This document shows positions 1 to 13,821 of a stretch of DNA of 64,000 nucleotides, in pieces (position 1 is the stretch's first letter; each line of letters begins with the position of its first letter). A model generated the notes under the pieces. It searched no databases, had not been told where the DNA came from, and was given only the letters and a program-made list of their open reading frames with translations. Source of the DNA: Octopus sinensis (lineage: Eukaryota); NCBI RefSeq assembly GCF_006345805.1, contig NC_043006.1:47988001-48052000 (forward strand), read 5' to 3'. A program made the translations under genes and the position numbers.

Positions 1-137
1 ACATGAAATACGAAAACAACAGGAAATACGCGGCAAACATGGATATGCAAACATCGAGAGAAACAAGGGGAAAACAAAACAAGTAACATAAAGAAAAACC
101 CTTCATCAGTTGCCAGCTTTTCATCTACTCCACATTT
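1..137 (-). mobile_element. Partial copy of a short interspersed element, same family as 430-604, opposite strand; cut by window edge
   Basis: About 120 bp (21-137) is the reverse complement of about 453-571, e.g. cccttcatcagttg(c/t)c(a/g)gct...atctactccacattt. Strand is assigned relative to the 430-604 copy. Confidence 0.7.
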
Positions 138-389
138 GAAGGGGAGAAAAAAAATAGACGAAGGATGAGAGAGAACAGTAGAGGGTAGAATCGCATCAGA
201 ATTGCTAAGATGAACTTACTTGGAAAGGGAGGCGCGGCGTTCTATTATATAATAATATAAATAATATAAATAATAATATAAATAATATATATATATATAA
301 ATAATATATATATATACACATACATATATACAGGTACATACACACACATACACCCCCCCACACACACACATATATATATATATATGCAT

Positions 390-604
390 ATATGGGTACA
401 GGGTATCACAAAACGAAAACAACATGAAGCCACATATTGTTGTGAATTGATCGAAATGTGGAGTAGATAAACAGCCGACAACTGATGAAGGGTTATACTT
501 TATGTTACTTGCTTTGTTCCCCATTTCTTTCTCTCGTTGTTCACATACACAAGTTTGCCTCATATTTCATGTCGTTGACGTTTTGTGAAGTCCTGTACCC
601 ATAT
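390..604 (+). mobile_element. Short element with 39-bp inverted ends, between (TA)n tracts (MITE-like or Penelope-like non-autonomous)
   Basis: 390-428 atatgggtacagggtatcacaaaacgaaaacaacatgaa matches the reverse complement of 566-604 at 33/39. A further fragment (cgaaatgtggagtagatagacagccgacaactgatgaag) lies at 25290-25328. Confidence 0.65.
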
Positions 605-618
605 ATGTGAGGGACCCA

Positions 619-668
<50 letters not shown>

Positions 669-889
669 AATTAAGGACTGAACACGAAATGTGGACAGTC
701 AACATGCTAGATATAGACGTCAAATCGCCATTCTCCACAAAAAGTCTATGTTCTCAGATCAAACTCAACACAAAACCAAAGCAATAAACAAGTGAAAAAT
801 ATACGAAATAAATATTTACCCATGTACTAAATTTAGTTTCGGTTGTTATTTTCCGCAAGGAAAAGTGCAACCATCATCAGCATGGTCCC

Positions 890-934
<45 letters not shown>

Positions 935-1360
935 TCATGCACGCACCAGTTTTTGACTGTCTTACATTTTGAGTATCAATGACACATCAGCTCACTCGTC
1001 TGTATAAATTCGGCAGTGCTGGTTTAGGGATATTAGCTATACGATGTCGCTAGGTCGAATACGTATTTAATTATTAGTACTCTCAAATTTACAATTGAAA
1101 TACTACACTGAAGACTGAAATTAGTGAGTAAAAATAAAAATTTGACATCTCTTTAATCCAGAAACGCGTATGTGGATTCTCATCCGGGTGGATTCGCTAT
1201 TTTTCTCTTTACCTACCTGCGTGAATTGTGAGTATTGTTGTCTGGGTAGAGGAATCTTATGGTAGAGGAATAGCATTTAACTGGTATTTATAAATTTCAG
1301 TATGTGGTGATGCAATTTGCTGAACCCTAATTATAATTATGCTTATATATTATTGGATGT

Positions 1361-1415
<55 letters not shown>

Positions 1416-1424
1416 ATATTGTAC

Positions 1425-1506
<82 letters not shown>

Positions 1507-1629
1507 GTAAGTATGTACATATATGTATGTATATGTGCATTACATATACAATATATATTATATTTATTATTATATGTATTGTATGATTGAAGACTACGCA
1601 TCCATTTCAAAAAGTAATTTTATCTCATA

Positions 1630-1686
<57 letters not shown>

Positions 1687-2773
1687 ATATATATATATAT
1701 ATATATAATACAGCATATTTTAATTGCCTCGACAACTGAAGTAATGCCGGTGTAGGTTTCCGCCCCGATATCCGAAATCGGAGTTTTATTATGGCAGCCG
1801 AATAATTATCACATATTATATTACAACTATGTTATATATATATAATATATATATATATAATATATATATATGAAATGAAAGAGAGGCAAAGACAGATACG
1901 CAGGTATAATGACAGACTGATAGAGCGATAGAGAGAAAGTACCTTCTCTTAAAAGCGATATATAGCAATCATGCTGTGATACTAGATGTGTTCGTGTATA
2001 TTAAATATGTTGCGAGATATTCAATGTACGATGATATTGGGTGTATATCTCATAGATCGGCCATTTCACTGTCAGAAATCGCCTTATTTTATCTGTGTGT
2101 ATGTGTGTGTGTTCGTGTGTATATGCATTTATATATACATACACATATACATACGTCGTTTAATTCATTTGTTTCTGTAAGGGATCCACTCACATATATA
2201 TATATATATATATATACATGCACGCATATCAATGACACATTAGCTCGCCAAATCAAGTTCACACGCGCCATACGCCCACTCACTCGCTCGCGTTACGGTT
2301 TCTCTTTTTTCTTCTCTTCTTCTACTACTCTTACCCCACTTTCTCTTCACGCATCTGTCAAAAAGATTTTCTTTCCGTCTGCCATTATACCTCTGTCATG
2401 CATATAATCCAACCCTTCCAAAGCACACTTTCAACCTAAAAAACTTCCAGCCTGTACCTTATGCGTTTAATAAGGTAGACCCGAAACTGTTTCAGCAGCG
2501 TGCTGACCGGATCGTACTTGTAAATTAAAATGTAGAGGCTTATCAAATTCCCTGTCGCGATGGTTCCGCCTGAAAATTACTTTACGGGTCAAAGACTCTG
2601 TAGTGTACTCAGCCACTCAGGAACAGTGTAATTGGTTGATCAAACACAAATCCTCATCGTGGAACGTGGGATATGCTCCACTATATACACCACTTGATGT
2701 ATTTTTTGCACTTATAATACTTTTCTATACTTCTTTTCTTTAACTACTTTAACGATAAAATATTTACTCCACT

Positions 2774-2980
2774 TTACTCCACCAGGAGGATAGGGCACAT
2801 TTCCTAGTTTCTCTGACGTATATATTCCGAATGTACTGGTTACCCCACATTACTCCACTAAGAGGCTAGGGTCAATTTCCTGGTTTCTCTGGAGTATGTA
2901 TTCCGATTGTACTGGTTACTCCACATCCCTCCACAAGGAGGATAAGGCCAATTTCCTGGTTTCTCTGACGTATATATTCC
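2774..2980. repeat. 76-bp tandem repeat, about 2.7 copies, forming the 3' tail of the adjacent minus-strand SINE
   Basis: Unit starts recur at 2774, 2850 and 2926; shared core atttcct(a/g)gtttctctg(a/g)(c/a)gtat(a/g)tattcc. Confidence 0.85.
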
Positions 2981-3159
2981 TTCTTGGATGGAACGCCGGT
3001 CCATTGCACGATTACTCATTTTTATCTACTGAGTGGATTGGAGGGACAGGAAATGAAGTGATTTTCTCAAGAACACAACCAATAACCAGGTCCAGGAATC
3101 GAAATAACAATCTTACGTCGTGAATCCAAAACTCTAACCGCTAAGCCATGCGTCTCCAC
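2981..3159 (-). mobile_element. tRNA-derived SINE
   Basis: Reverse complement begins gtggagacgcatggcttagcggttagag (A-box-like) and has atttcgattcc (B-box-like). The tail resembles that of the 56293-56585 copy (gatggac(t/c)ggcgttcc). Confidence 0.7.
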
Positions 3160-3264
3160 AACCCGACACACTATCCACTGAGCCATGAGCGTTCGAATCT
3201 ATTTACTAACAATAATGCAGGCAATAACTTCCTTTTATTTGCGTTAAAGGAATATCGAAGTAAA

Positions 3265-3592
3265 AGAGCCCTTTGGTTAGGAATGACAATGATATTGCAC
3301 CTAGAAAGGTCTCCTCCGAGGCACATGTCCGGGCAAGGTTGATTACGGAAGACCAGCAGTCAACCATGCATACGGCCTCCCCTCTCCGCGCCCCCGATGT
3401 TATCCAAGGGAAAGGTAAAGGCCGATGCAACTTGGCACTAGTGACCCAGCAGCTCATTTCTACAGCTGAATGAACTGGAGCAACGTGATATAAAGTATAT
3501 TGCTTAAGAACACATCCCACAGCCCAGTACGCGACTCAAACTCACTACCTCATGATTGTGAGCCCGGCGTTTTATCCACTGAACCATGTGCC
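3265..3592 (-). mobile_element. tRNA-derived SINE, decayed
   Basis: Minus-strand head (ggcacatggttcagtggataaaacgccgggctcacaatcatgagg...). The body segment ctcattt..agctg..t(g/a)(a/g)actggagcaacgt is shared with 30460-30688 and 3830-3955. Confidence 0.6.
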
Positions 3593-3829
3593 ATCACAAA
3601 TCGAAGTATACAATTGCGCAAGTAATGCCTTGCATAAAGTAAATAGAAGTCGATCCGTTCTTTATAAAAATTATTTGTCACTCTTAACGTTTTCGCATCA
3701 GCTGAAAAAAATTAAGTATATTAAGTATTATGATCAAAAAAGTAAAACGGAGATCAAAGCTCCATCTCGAGTCATAGGCTCATTAGGCCGGTTTCTCCGA
3801 TTCTGTGCAGTATGTATCTCCACTATCCC

Positions 3830-3955
3830 AGGATGTGGCATTGGTCCGTTGCAGAATTACTCATTCGTGGCAGCAGAGTAAACTAGAGCGTTGTGAAATG
3901 AAGAGCTTCGCTCAAGAACACAGCGCGTCGCCCGGTCTAGGATTCGAATACATGT
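3830..3955 (-). mobile_element. SINE fragment
   Basis: ttactcattcgtggcagcagagtaaactagagc...gctcaagaacacagcgc...ggattcgaa matches the body and head layout of neighbouring SINEs. Confidence 0.5.
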
Positions 3956-4094
3956 TATTATCTGTGTCGTTACATTACACATATGGTATACCTACAGAAG
4001 AGAGCCCCATCGTATTTTGAAATAAAATGAAGAACTACAATAATCTTGTAAAGATTGTGTCCCTTAGGTTATTTTTTATTTGGTTTAATTTAGT

Positions 4095-5620
4095 TTCCCA
4101 GTAATCCTCCTGAAATCGTGCAAACATACCATGGTAAAACCACTACAGATTCTCTTCCAGGGTTAACTTGGAAATGGAAAACTGCCAAACAAACTGAAGG
4201 AGGGCATAAAATGGCCAGTCTATAAAGGAGGAAGCAGAACAAATGCCAAAAATTATAGGCCTATATCTATGGCTTCACACATCAGCAATTTCATGGAATG
4301 AATAGCCAGAGAGAAACCAATCGCATTCCTTGCAGAAAACGACTTGCTGAGTAATGCCCAGCATGGGTTTCCACCAGGTAGGAGCTGCCTGACACACCTC
4401 CTACGGCACTATGACTGGGTGTTGAAGCAGTTATTTGACAACTCAAATGTGAACGTAATATACCTTGACTTTTCAAAGGTTTTGGATAAATTTAATCATG
4501 ATAGGATATGCCACAAACTGCACGATTTTAGCATAGCTGGAAAACTTGGACAGTGGTTACATGACGTTCTGTAAGATAGAAGCCACACAGTGGTGGTCAA
4601 TGGATTCACTTCGAAGGAAACACAAATAGTGAGTTGTGCTCCAAAGGGCACTGTCTTGGGACCACTGCTTTTGATAGTGGCCTTCTCAGACAAGCTCTCA
4701 GCTTTCCCGATAGCCACCCTTGCTAGCTGCGCAGACGATACAAAATTCTCGCAGAAAATACAAATCCCTAGCAATGCTCGACGCCTACAGCAGATGGTCT
4801 GAGAACAATAATATACCGTTAATGCCGTAAAATTTCAATCCCTGCGTTACCAGCAATCAAAACTGAACGAAAGTCTTACAGGGTACAGTGGCCCAGTGGG
4901 GATTACAATCCCAGAACCTAAATCAGTGCGTGACCTGGGTATCGTCATGAGTGATGATACCTTTTTCCAAGTGCATATTACCAAGATGGTGACAAAGTGT
5001 AGATGGCTGGCTTGCTCGATTCCGGGAACCTTCAAAACCAGAGAGAAGGAAACTATGGTGATCCTCTGGAGGACATTCGTCCTCAGACACCTGGACTACT
5101 GCTCCCATCTATGGTCACTCCACAGCGTAAAATTAATTGCGGACCTTGAAGTAACCCAGCGAATCATCGCAAAGAAGAAGGATTTCACTGCAACAGTTCA
5201 GCAACTGGGAAATACTAAAAGAGATAAGACTTTACTCCCTGGAGCGAAGGCGGGAGAAATATGCTGTAATATATACCTGGAAGATCCTGGAGGGTATTGT
5301 GCCATATTTTGGTCCTAAAAGGTACACAAATGCTAGAACGGGTGGCCGCTGCACAGTGCCAAAGAGCGAAACAATGCCCTCGCGCTTCAGAACCGTTTAC
5401 TTCTACAGCTGGGATTTCAAGGACCCACAGCTTTTTAATATTTTCCCAAAGAGCTTGAGATGCTTACACAAAGTGGATGTTGGTGTTTTCAAAACAAAAC
5501 TGGATCACTTCCTGTCGAGAGACCCAGATGAACCTACCTCTCAGCAAGAAACGCAAAAGAGGGCAGCGACATAAACCACCCTTATTCACCAAATGCCACA
5601 TATCAGAGGAGTCTCTCAGC
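4095..5620 (+). mobile_element. 5'-truncated, decayed CR1-group (CR1/L2/Crack-like) LINE: reverse transcriptase and C-terminal region, pseudogenised
   Basis: One frame from 4095, with in-frame stops, reads PVYKGGSRTNAKNYRPISM...QHGFPPGRSCLTHLL...VIYLDFSKVLD...VVVNG...PKGTVLGPLL...SCADDTK. A later frame reads VRDLGIVMS...HLDYCSHLW...LEVTQR. These are classic non-LTR RT motifs. Confidence 0.92.
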
Positions 5621-6451
5621 AGTGAAACGATAAGAAAAAAGATAGTGGTATGTTAAACCAATAAAAAGTAAACCCCTTAGACCCTTCATTGATTTATTGT
5701 TAATTTAGAAGTGGTATATAAAAGTTATATCTCTTATGCCATTCATATAGTTTTGAAATGCGATTTTGTACACTTTGCAAAATGGCCAGTAGCTCCCTTC
5801 AAAGGATCGCTAGAGACTCGGAACCTGTTCCACTGTCTTTGTCGTAAAAGTATACACACGAATTACTTTTTTAGTTTTTAAATCCATGCTGTAGTTTTTC
5901 TGCCTATAGGCAGAGAGGCACATACACACAAACTGATATCCTTTCTGACTGCCCTTTCTGGCATGTAAGGTATTCTGTCAAAAGTCGCCACTTTAGTATA
6001 TAAATTGTTTATACACTATTATATATGAAAATAAGTTGTCTATTGACTTTATTTTGTATACTAGGCACCAGTATGAAATTTTTTCTAAATTTTCTAACCT
6101 TATTATTTTCACAGTAAAATTTTCGTTGTTTCAAAGCCTTTCTGGCAGGCAGATTTAATTTCTTTATTATTATTTGCTGCCGAATGTAACTGCGCTTGTA
6201 CGGTGTATTTGAAAATTATAATACACAAATATGTAGCACATGTGTTTTCTTCGGTGCTATTTTATGCATAAATATGCATTGATTTAAGCGCTCGAAGAAG
6301 TACGAAGGGCAAATTAATATATTTGCACATTGATACAAAAACAAATCGAATTTATAGATAACTACAAAAATATTTTTTATTTTCATTCCTTTTGAAATTG
6401 CCCTTATTCGTGGTGTCGGCTTTAACTGCCCTTCCTATTGTACATTATATA

Positions 6452-6497
<46 letters not shown>

Positions 6498-6529
6498 TAT
6501 ATATTGTATGTATGAATATGCATATATAT

Positions 6530-6576
<47 letters not shown>

Positions 6577-7024
6577 TATATATATATATATGTATGTATA
6601 TATGTATGTCTGTAATGTATGTATGTAAGTATGTATGTATGTATATATATATATACATATGTATGGAAAAGGATCCCGTTGTTTAACCAAAGGACCGTAG
6701 CATATTTGGAATGAAGACGCTCAACTAGTTCGGCCTGCATTGAAACATGCTGAAATATTACGCTTTCCCAGCTGGTCTACAATGTTATTTCTTTATGATA
6801 TTTTCCACAGCAAAACTAAAAATATTTATTTAACATATGGTGGAAAGAGACTTAAAAGTTCAATAGATATAAATATTATACATAAATATGAGTACGCTAA
6901 AAATATGGTTACTTAACATATGGCTGTATAAATATAACACACACACACACACATATATATATATTATATATATATATATATATAATGTTTGCATGCATGT
7001 ATCTTTTTATATGCATATGTATGC

Positions 7025-7065
<41 letters not shown>

Positions 7066-7903
7066 TTGATGAGAGAGAGAGAGAGGGACAGAGTGGGAGA
7101 GAGAAAATACTTAGGTGTGTGCGTTGCTGTACTATTCAGACGCCTCGTCATTTCCATTTTTCTCTCTTTATGCCATCATATCAGAAGGTAACTTATGTTA
7201 CATGTAAGAGTGGATGGCAATAAAAATGAAGTTAATATCTTATAATCGGCCTAATTGTTTCATGATCAGCATTGAATTGCGGATAGAATATGGCCCAAAA
7301 ACACAAGATAGGCAGATGAGGTGATTAGTTCATTCTAAGCAAAAAAGTGCGTAAGTTTTCTACAATGACATAACACATTTAAATATCACTTTTTAAAGTT
7401 ATCTCTACAGATATTCTATAGAAATTAGAGTTAGCACTGCATGCTACGACAATTCATATACGAAGATATCGATGTAAACTATGCGCTGGAAGATAGAAAA
7501 TATGTAATATGTGTATATACATATTTCAGGAGTTCTTGCCCTTTCTTCAGTATCGCATACACAACATTAACTAACCACGATCAAATTAAGTAGTGTAAAA
7601 CAATTGGATACACCAATTTTACATGTTAAACACATTTCTAGCAAAAGGTACTTACATATAGATTGCTGTTAGGGACAGCGTATTTTATTATGCAACCATG
7701 ACATATTACCAAGTTTATTAAAGGCATATAGGTATATAAATCAATATAGTGTCCTACCTGCGTTGGGAATGCTATTCAATCACTGTTTGAAGATATCTCT
7801 GCAGATTTTCTATAGATACTATATCTATCTATTTACCTATCTATCTAGTTTTCTCTCTCTATCTCTCCTCTCTCTCTCCTCTCTCTCTATATATATATAA
7901 TAT

Positions 7904-7959
<56 letters not shown>

Positions 7960-8533
7960 TATATAGCTATATATGTTTAGATAGGGAGGGTGAGATATGA
8001 AGAGATAGATGAATAGATAAACATAATAGATACAAATGCCTGAATATATGAATATATAAATATGCTTATATGGCCGTTCTTCCAAAGGCATCGACGACAA
8101 CAACAGCAACATCGCCATCAGTAAAGCGATAGAAATTATGCATAGCGGAACGGGCGAGTATCCCAAATGACTCCCACAAACCAGAGAACATCCTTATTTT
8201 CAGAACAGAGATGTACGGATCATGTTTTTTTTTCAGGAGATTCTTTCTAGCCTTCTGGAGACCACAAGATGGGAGGACAGCCGCAAGTCGTTAGTCGTTT
8301 GCCAATGGAGATAATATCCGTTGTTACTTTTCAGTAGTGGGGCATTTTCTTCTACATATTCTTAAGAAGCCTTGGTCCAACAGGTTTTGGGATCTGACCA
8401 TATGCTATCAAGCTGAAAACTTTGTGGACGGGAAACTTAAAATAATCCAATAAACCGGCCTTCCCCACTTTTTTAATATATACTGGTCAATATCTTGTGT
8501 GCTTCTTTCGGATTTATGTTTTTTTACAAACGG

Positions 8534-8588
<55 letters not shown>

Positions 8589-8983
8589 CAGTGTGTATAT
8601 GTATGTACGTATGTGTGCATGTATGCGTGTATGTATGTATGTATGCATGTATGTATGTATGTGTGCATGTGTGTATATATGCGTGTGTGTATGTATAATT
8701 ACTTGATTGAGAGTAAATTTTTCTACTGAATTATTTTTTTAGTTTGCATATATTTAACAGTCACCTCTGCTGAAAAGAAGATAAGGCTTTTGTTGTAGTG
8801 ATGACTACCTGGTCGAAAACCAGGTCTTAATTTATATTCAGTGTTTTCTAGGTCAACAAATATTTAAATAAACCCCCATCAGTGTTCCCCCCCCTCCACA
8901 TCAATTCATTCAACACAATGTAGCGAGTTCTACACCAGAACATCCTTGAAAAAGAGGTAGATTGATAGATTACACACCTATAC

Positions 8984-9048
<65 letters not shown>

Positions 9049-9427
9049 GTATATATTTGTGTATATATGTGTTGTGTATATGTATGTATGCAAATATCCG
9101 TGTTTGTTACGATGTATCAAGTATTTCGTGGATATATTCAGTGACGATAATATAACGATAATATTTGTGTTCTTGTCCGAGTATTTATTGCCGATATAGT
9201 TCAAACCATAGCGGTTAGACGTTGATGTTGCTGCCGCAGGGGATAAACGGAAAGATATTGTTAGGTGCGTCATTTTGAGTCATAGCTCTAAGCAGCTGCT
9301 CTCTATAATTATTCATCTGTATCCCAGCCTGCATACACACACACATACATACATACATACATACATACATACATACATACATACATTACATACATACATA
9401 CATACATAATATACATATATTATATAT

Positions 9428-9475
<48 letters not shown>

Positions 9476-9871
9476 ATATAATATATGCATACATATACAT
9501 ATATATATACATATACATATATATATATAACTAAACTCCCCTGTCTGTGTATCCCATGATATACGATACGACTTTGTGCATGTTGTATTCACGGGTATGT
9601 CCATGTGTATATATGTGTTGTGTATTTGTGTATACGTGTGTCCGTGCTTGTATCTGTGTGTGTCTGCATGCATGTATTTACGAATTTAGATCCGTGAGTC
9701 TGTATATTTCCCCTATATTATATATATATATATATTCTAGATATATATATATAGATATAATATATATTATATATATATATATTTATATATATGGGGAATG
9801 TTCATGTGTGTGTATTCGTCTGCACACAGAAACACACACACACACATATGCATTTGTGTGTGTATTTTTTT

Positions 9872-10074
9872 ATTTATTTCAGTCATTTGACTGCGGTCAT
9901 GCCGGAGCAAATCGGCTCCAGAACTTATTCTTTGTTAGCCTAGTACTTATTCTATCGGTGTCTCTTGCCGAACCGCTAATTGACGAGGACGTAAACACAC
10001 CAGCATCGGTTGCCAAGCAATGTCGAGGGGACAAACACAGACACACAAACATGCACACACACACACACACACAT

Positions 10075-10134
<60 letters not shown>

Positions 10135-10306
10135 ATATATACGACGGGCTTCTTTCAGCGTCCGTCTACCAGATTCACTCACAAGGCTTTGGTCGGCCCG
10201 TGGCTATAGTAGAAGACACTTAACCAAGGTGCCACCACGCAGTGGGACTGAACCCGGAACCATGTGGTTCGTAAGGAAGCTACTTACCAGCAGCCACCCC
10301 TGCGCC
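9872..10306 (-). mobile_element. SINE family A (tRNA head, internal (TA/CA)n, tail ...gactgaaacaagtaaaagag), near full length
   Basis: Shares both halves with the copies at 39476, 44027, 50071, 50994 and 60628; B-box gggttcagtccc on the minus strand. Confidence 0.88.
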
Positions 10307-11114
10307 ACCATGTGTATATTATTACATATGACTATCAGCATACAAAAACACATACACATTCGCAGTTATACGCATATTCAATTTGAGACAGTATCTAGGT
10401 GTGAAACAGACTGACTATTGCTTTTTACTAGTTTTTTTTTTTACTACGTATGAATGTATGATATTTACTACTTCATATGTACTTTTCTCTTCGTCTTTCT
10501 TTCTTTCTATGCACATGCGCAGACAACGACACACATTCTCTCTTAAAGTGCGTGTAAACGAGTAAACTTGTGCATCTTACTAAACGTGTGCGTTTGTATA
10601 TGTGTGAATTTATAAAGCAATACTAGTTCATTTATCGTTGCAGCAAAATGGAAATATATTACTAAACTCCGCATGCCTGTGTATCACATGATATATGAAT
10701 GTACTGGTGTGTGTGTGTGTGTATGTTCCTGTGTATGTGTGTGTGTCCGTGCTTGTACCTCTGTGAGTCTGCGTGCATATATTTACGAATTTAGATCCGT
10801 GGAGAACGGAGCTAGCTGCAGATTTTTCATTTTTCTATAGAAATTACTCTTAAGAGATAATGTGAGCTAAGAACACACTTTGCTTAGAATGACGTCAGTA
10901 GTTCGTCAGAAATGGGTGTTTCGGCTTAATTTGTCCTTCACCTCCACGGGAATCTTCCCCAAGTACTGTCAGATAAGTCGGAACTTTCTTGATGCAGTCA
11001 CTCACCCCACCACACACGCACATATATAAACACATATTTTATTTACATCTCATATACACACTCAAACATGTATGTATGTATGTATGCATGTATATATTTA
11101 TAGGCGTGTGTGTG

Positions 11115-11162
<48 letters not shown>

Positions 11163-11184
11163 ATGTGTATATTTTTTATTATTT

Positions 11185-11533
11185 TATTTGATTCAGTCAA
11201 ACAAATCGATACCACGACTTATTCTTTGTAAGCCTAGCACTTATTCGATCGGTTCTTCTGCTGAACCACTAAGTTCCGGAGACGTGAACACGCTTACATG
11301 TGTGGGGGACAAACACACACACACACAAACACGCACTCACATACACACACACAAACACACCTCACTCACACACGCACACTCACATATATATATATATACG
11401 ACAGGCTTATTTCAGTTTCCGACTATCAAATCCACTCACGTGGCTTTGGTCAACCCGCGTCTATAATAGAAAGACTGAACCCGGAACCAGGTGGATAGTA
11501 AGCAAGCTATTTACCACAGAACCACTCCTACGG
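11185..11533 (-). mobile_element. SINE family A, decayed
   Basis: agcctagcacttattcgatcgg...(CA/TA)n...gacaggcttatttcagtttccg...aagcaagctatttaccacag. Confidence 0.8.
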
Positions 11534-12804
11534 TTATATATTTCTGGTTGGCCAAGTAATCGCGGTATGACAAGCACCGCGTGACTGTGTTAGTTTGCGG
11601 TGACTTGTGAATTATGTGAAAAATGTCTATTTATCAATGTTGGCAACACATTTACCTACAGTGTATATCCATAAAAATACGCCATTTAGTAAGAAAGTAA
11701 TTATTCGATTTGGCCAAATCATTCTTTTTTACTTCGCTGCTTTGTGTGTCATGTGTTTGGTTGTTTTTTTTTTATTTGCGTTAGTTTCTTTTAATCACTT
11801 TCTTTTAATGTTTCGTACGTACAACAATTAAATGTTTCTTTATAGAGATTTTATTGGATACTTGTAAGCTTGTTTTGGTGAGAAGTTAGTGTCAGTTGTA
11901 ACCTGAAACAGCATAACATTGATAAAGATATATTGCTCCATCAACCACAACTATCACAATGTGTCGAACAAATGTTGTATCTGTGTGATATACGCTTTCT
12001 TAGAAATAGTATTCAAATATCATTTAAATTACACCTTGTTGCCACGAAAACGGAAGGACACTACAAAGCGGTCCAGAACCTGAACTACTCTTTTCCTCAA
12101 AGCGACTGAATGGCCAAGGCTGTAGTAATTTTTTTTAGAGACCTACGCGATTAGGTTTGATATGAGAAGTTGTTTACCGGAAGCAGAGTAAACATTTTTC
12201 AATTTTATATAAGTAGTATTCTTTGCCATACGAGATGAACTGATGCGAACTAAATCAAACCAGAAATTCCTTAAATGTAGAGACGGACTTTTCAGTGACT
12301 CACATGATGAGCAAAATCATTATAACGAAGGATTGAGGACAGAATTCTAAATATATTAATAAATTCGAGTACACGTATTGTGTTCGTTTTTCTACACAAG
12401 CAGCATGTTTTCAAACACAAACACACATGCGCGCGCGCACAAACACACACACACACATATGTGTATTGATGCCTATTTCTATTGTATCTTTCAAGCGAGA
12501 TGAGAACTTCAATGTGAAGATGGATTACGTATGTATGTATGCGTATATAAATATGTGTATTCGTGTGTGTATATATGTATGTATATGTGTATTGGTGTGT
12601 ATGTATGTATGTATATATGTATGTATACACATGTGTGTATATATGAATGTTTGTGTATGTGTATGTATGTGTGTGTATGTACGTATATATTTATGTATGT
12701 ATGCATGTATGTATACGTATGTAAGTATTATGTACGTATGTGTGTAAATATATATATATGTATGCATGTATGTATGCAAGCATGTATGTATGTATGTATG
12801 TATG

Positions 12805-12969
12805 CAACGTCGCTTGACAACCGATGCTAGTGTGTTTACGTCCACATAATTTAGCGGTTCGGCAAGAGACCGATAAAATAAGTACTACTCAATTTGCTCG
12901 ACTAAAGGTGGTGCTCTAGCATGGCCACAGTCAAATGACTGAAACAAGTAAAAAAGTAAAAGAGTAAAA
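12805..12969 (+). mobile_element. SINE family A, 3' half
   Basis: cgcttgacaaccgatgctagtgtgtttacg...ggtgctctagcatggccacagtcaaatgactgaaacaagtaaaa. Confidence 0.85.
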
Positions 12970-13821
12970 AAAGAAAATACCATCACGAGAAAAAACTATA
13001 TGTCTATAAAATTCATAGACATCCATGGTAAAGCTGTCGCTGAGGATTAGATAATTATGGGGGCAATCGTGATCTCTCTCTAGTAACCGAAATCTTTGCA
13101 TACTTATATTCAAGAGGGAAGACTTTTGACAGACAGGATACAAACTACGAAAGTGTTTTTCCTAATATTCAGTTCTCATGTTATATGTAATTGCTAAACA
13201 ATCTGTAAAGTAATACAGAAAAGAGTAAAAGTCTACAAGGAATATTGTTGGGAACAATCGGAAATATAATTATCCGGGGATCTTCTATTCCAGAATTGGA
13301 AATTATATTTAATATTATATGAAGCAAACAAACTTAGATAGTTTTCAAGTACAAATTTATTTGTTGCGAATATTAATTATTCTTTCATGTGCAGAAGAAT
13401 TATCTAAAGTGGAAATCAAAAACCTCTTGAGATCTACGTTGTTATAAATGTACTGGTAGAAGAAAAAAAAATCAAGTGACGGAAGCATTCTTTAAAAACT
13501 TTACAACTCAAGAACACTAAACACTTTATGTTTCGAAAGATCATACTCGTAACTTCACGATTAATCAATGCATAATTCTAGTTAGAAAACGAAAAGAATC
13601 GAAATAAACATTTCCAATTACATATCTTAGTGATATCAAATGCGTACTTAAAATCTCATATAATAATTTCCTACAAGAACTGATTTTATTTGAAGTATTC
13701 TTCTGAAAACATACAGCGATCCGATCTCATTTTTGTGAAAATAGATTCGACCACGATCCATATATTACTGATGAAGCTGAATCTTTAAGGGTCAATTTTA
13801 TCTCTGAACTATATATATATA

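Noticed and set aside
2774-2980. 76-bp periodic repeat as a CRISPR array
   Set aside because: No unique spacers, continuous tandem units derived from a SINE tail, and a eukaryotic context.
6300-6413. tacgaagggcaa...ttgcccttattcgtg as a mini-MITE
   Set aside because: The inverted match is short, interrupted and has no clear TSD.
8795-8830. gtgatgactacctggtcgaaaaccaggtc as a hammerhead
   Set aside because: The core lacks C3, no U3/A8 alternative is present, and stem I cannot be formed.
11537-11570. ctggttggccaagtaatcgcgg as a mariner TIR
   Set aside because: Only partial similarity; no partner TIR or transposase sequence nearby.
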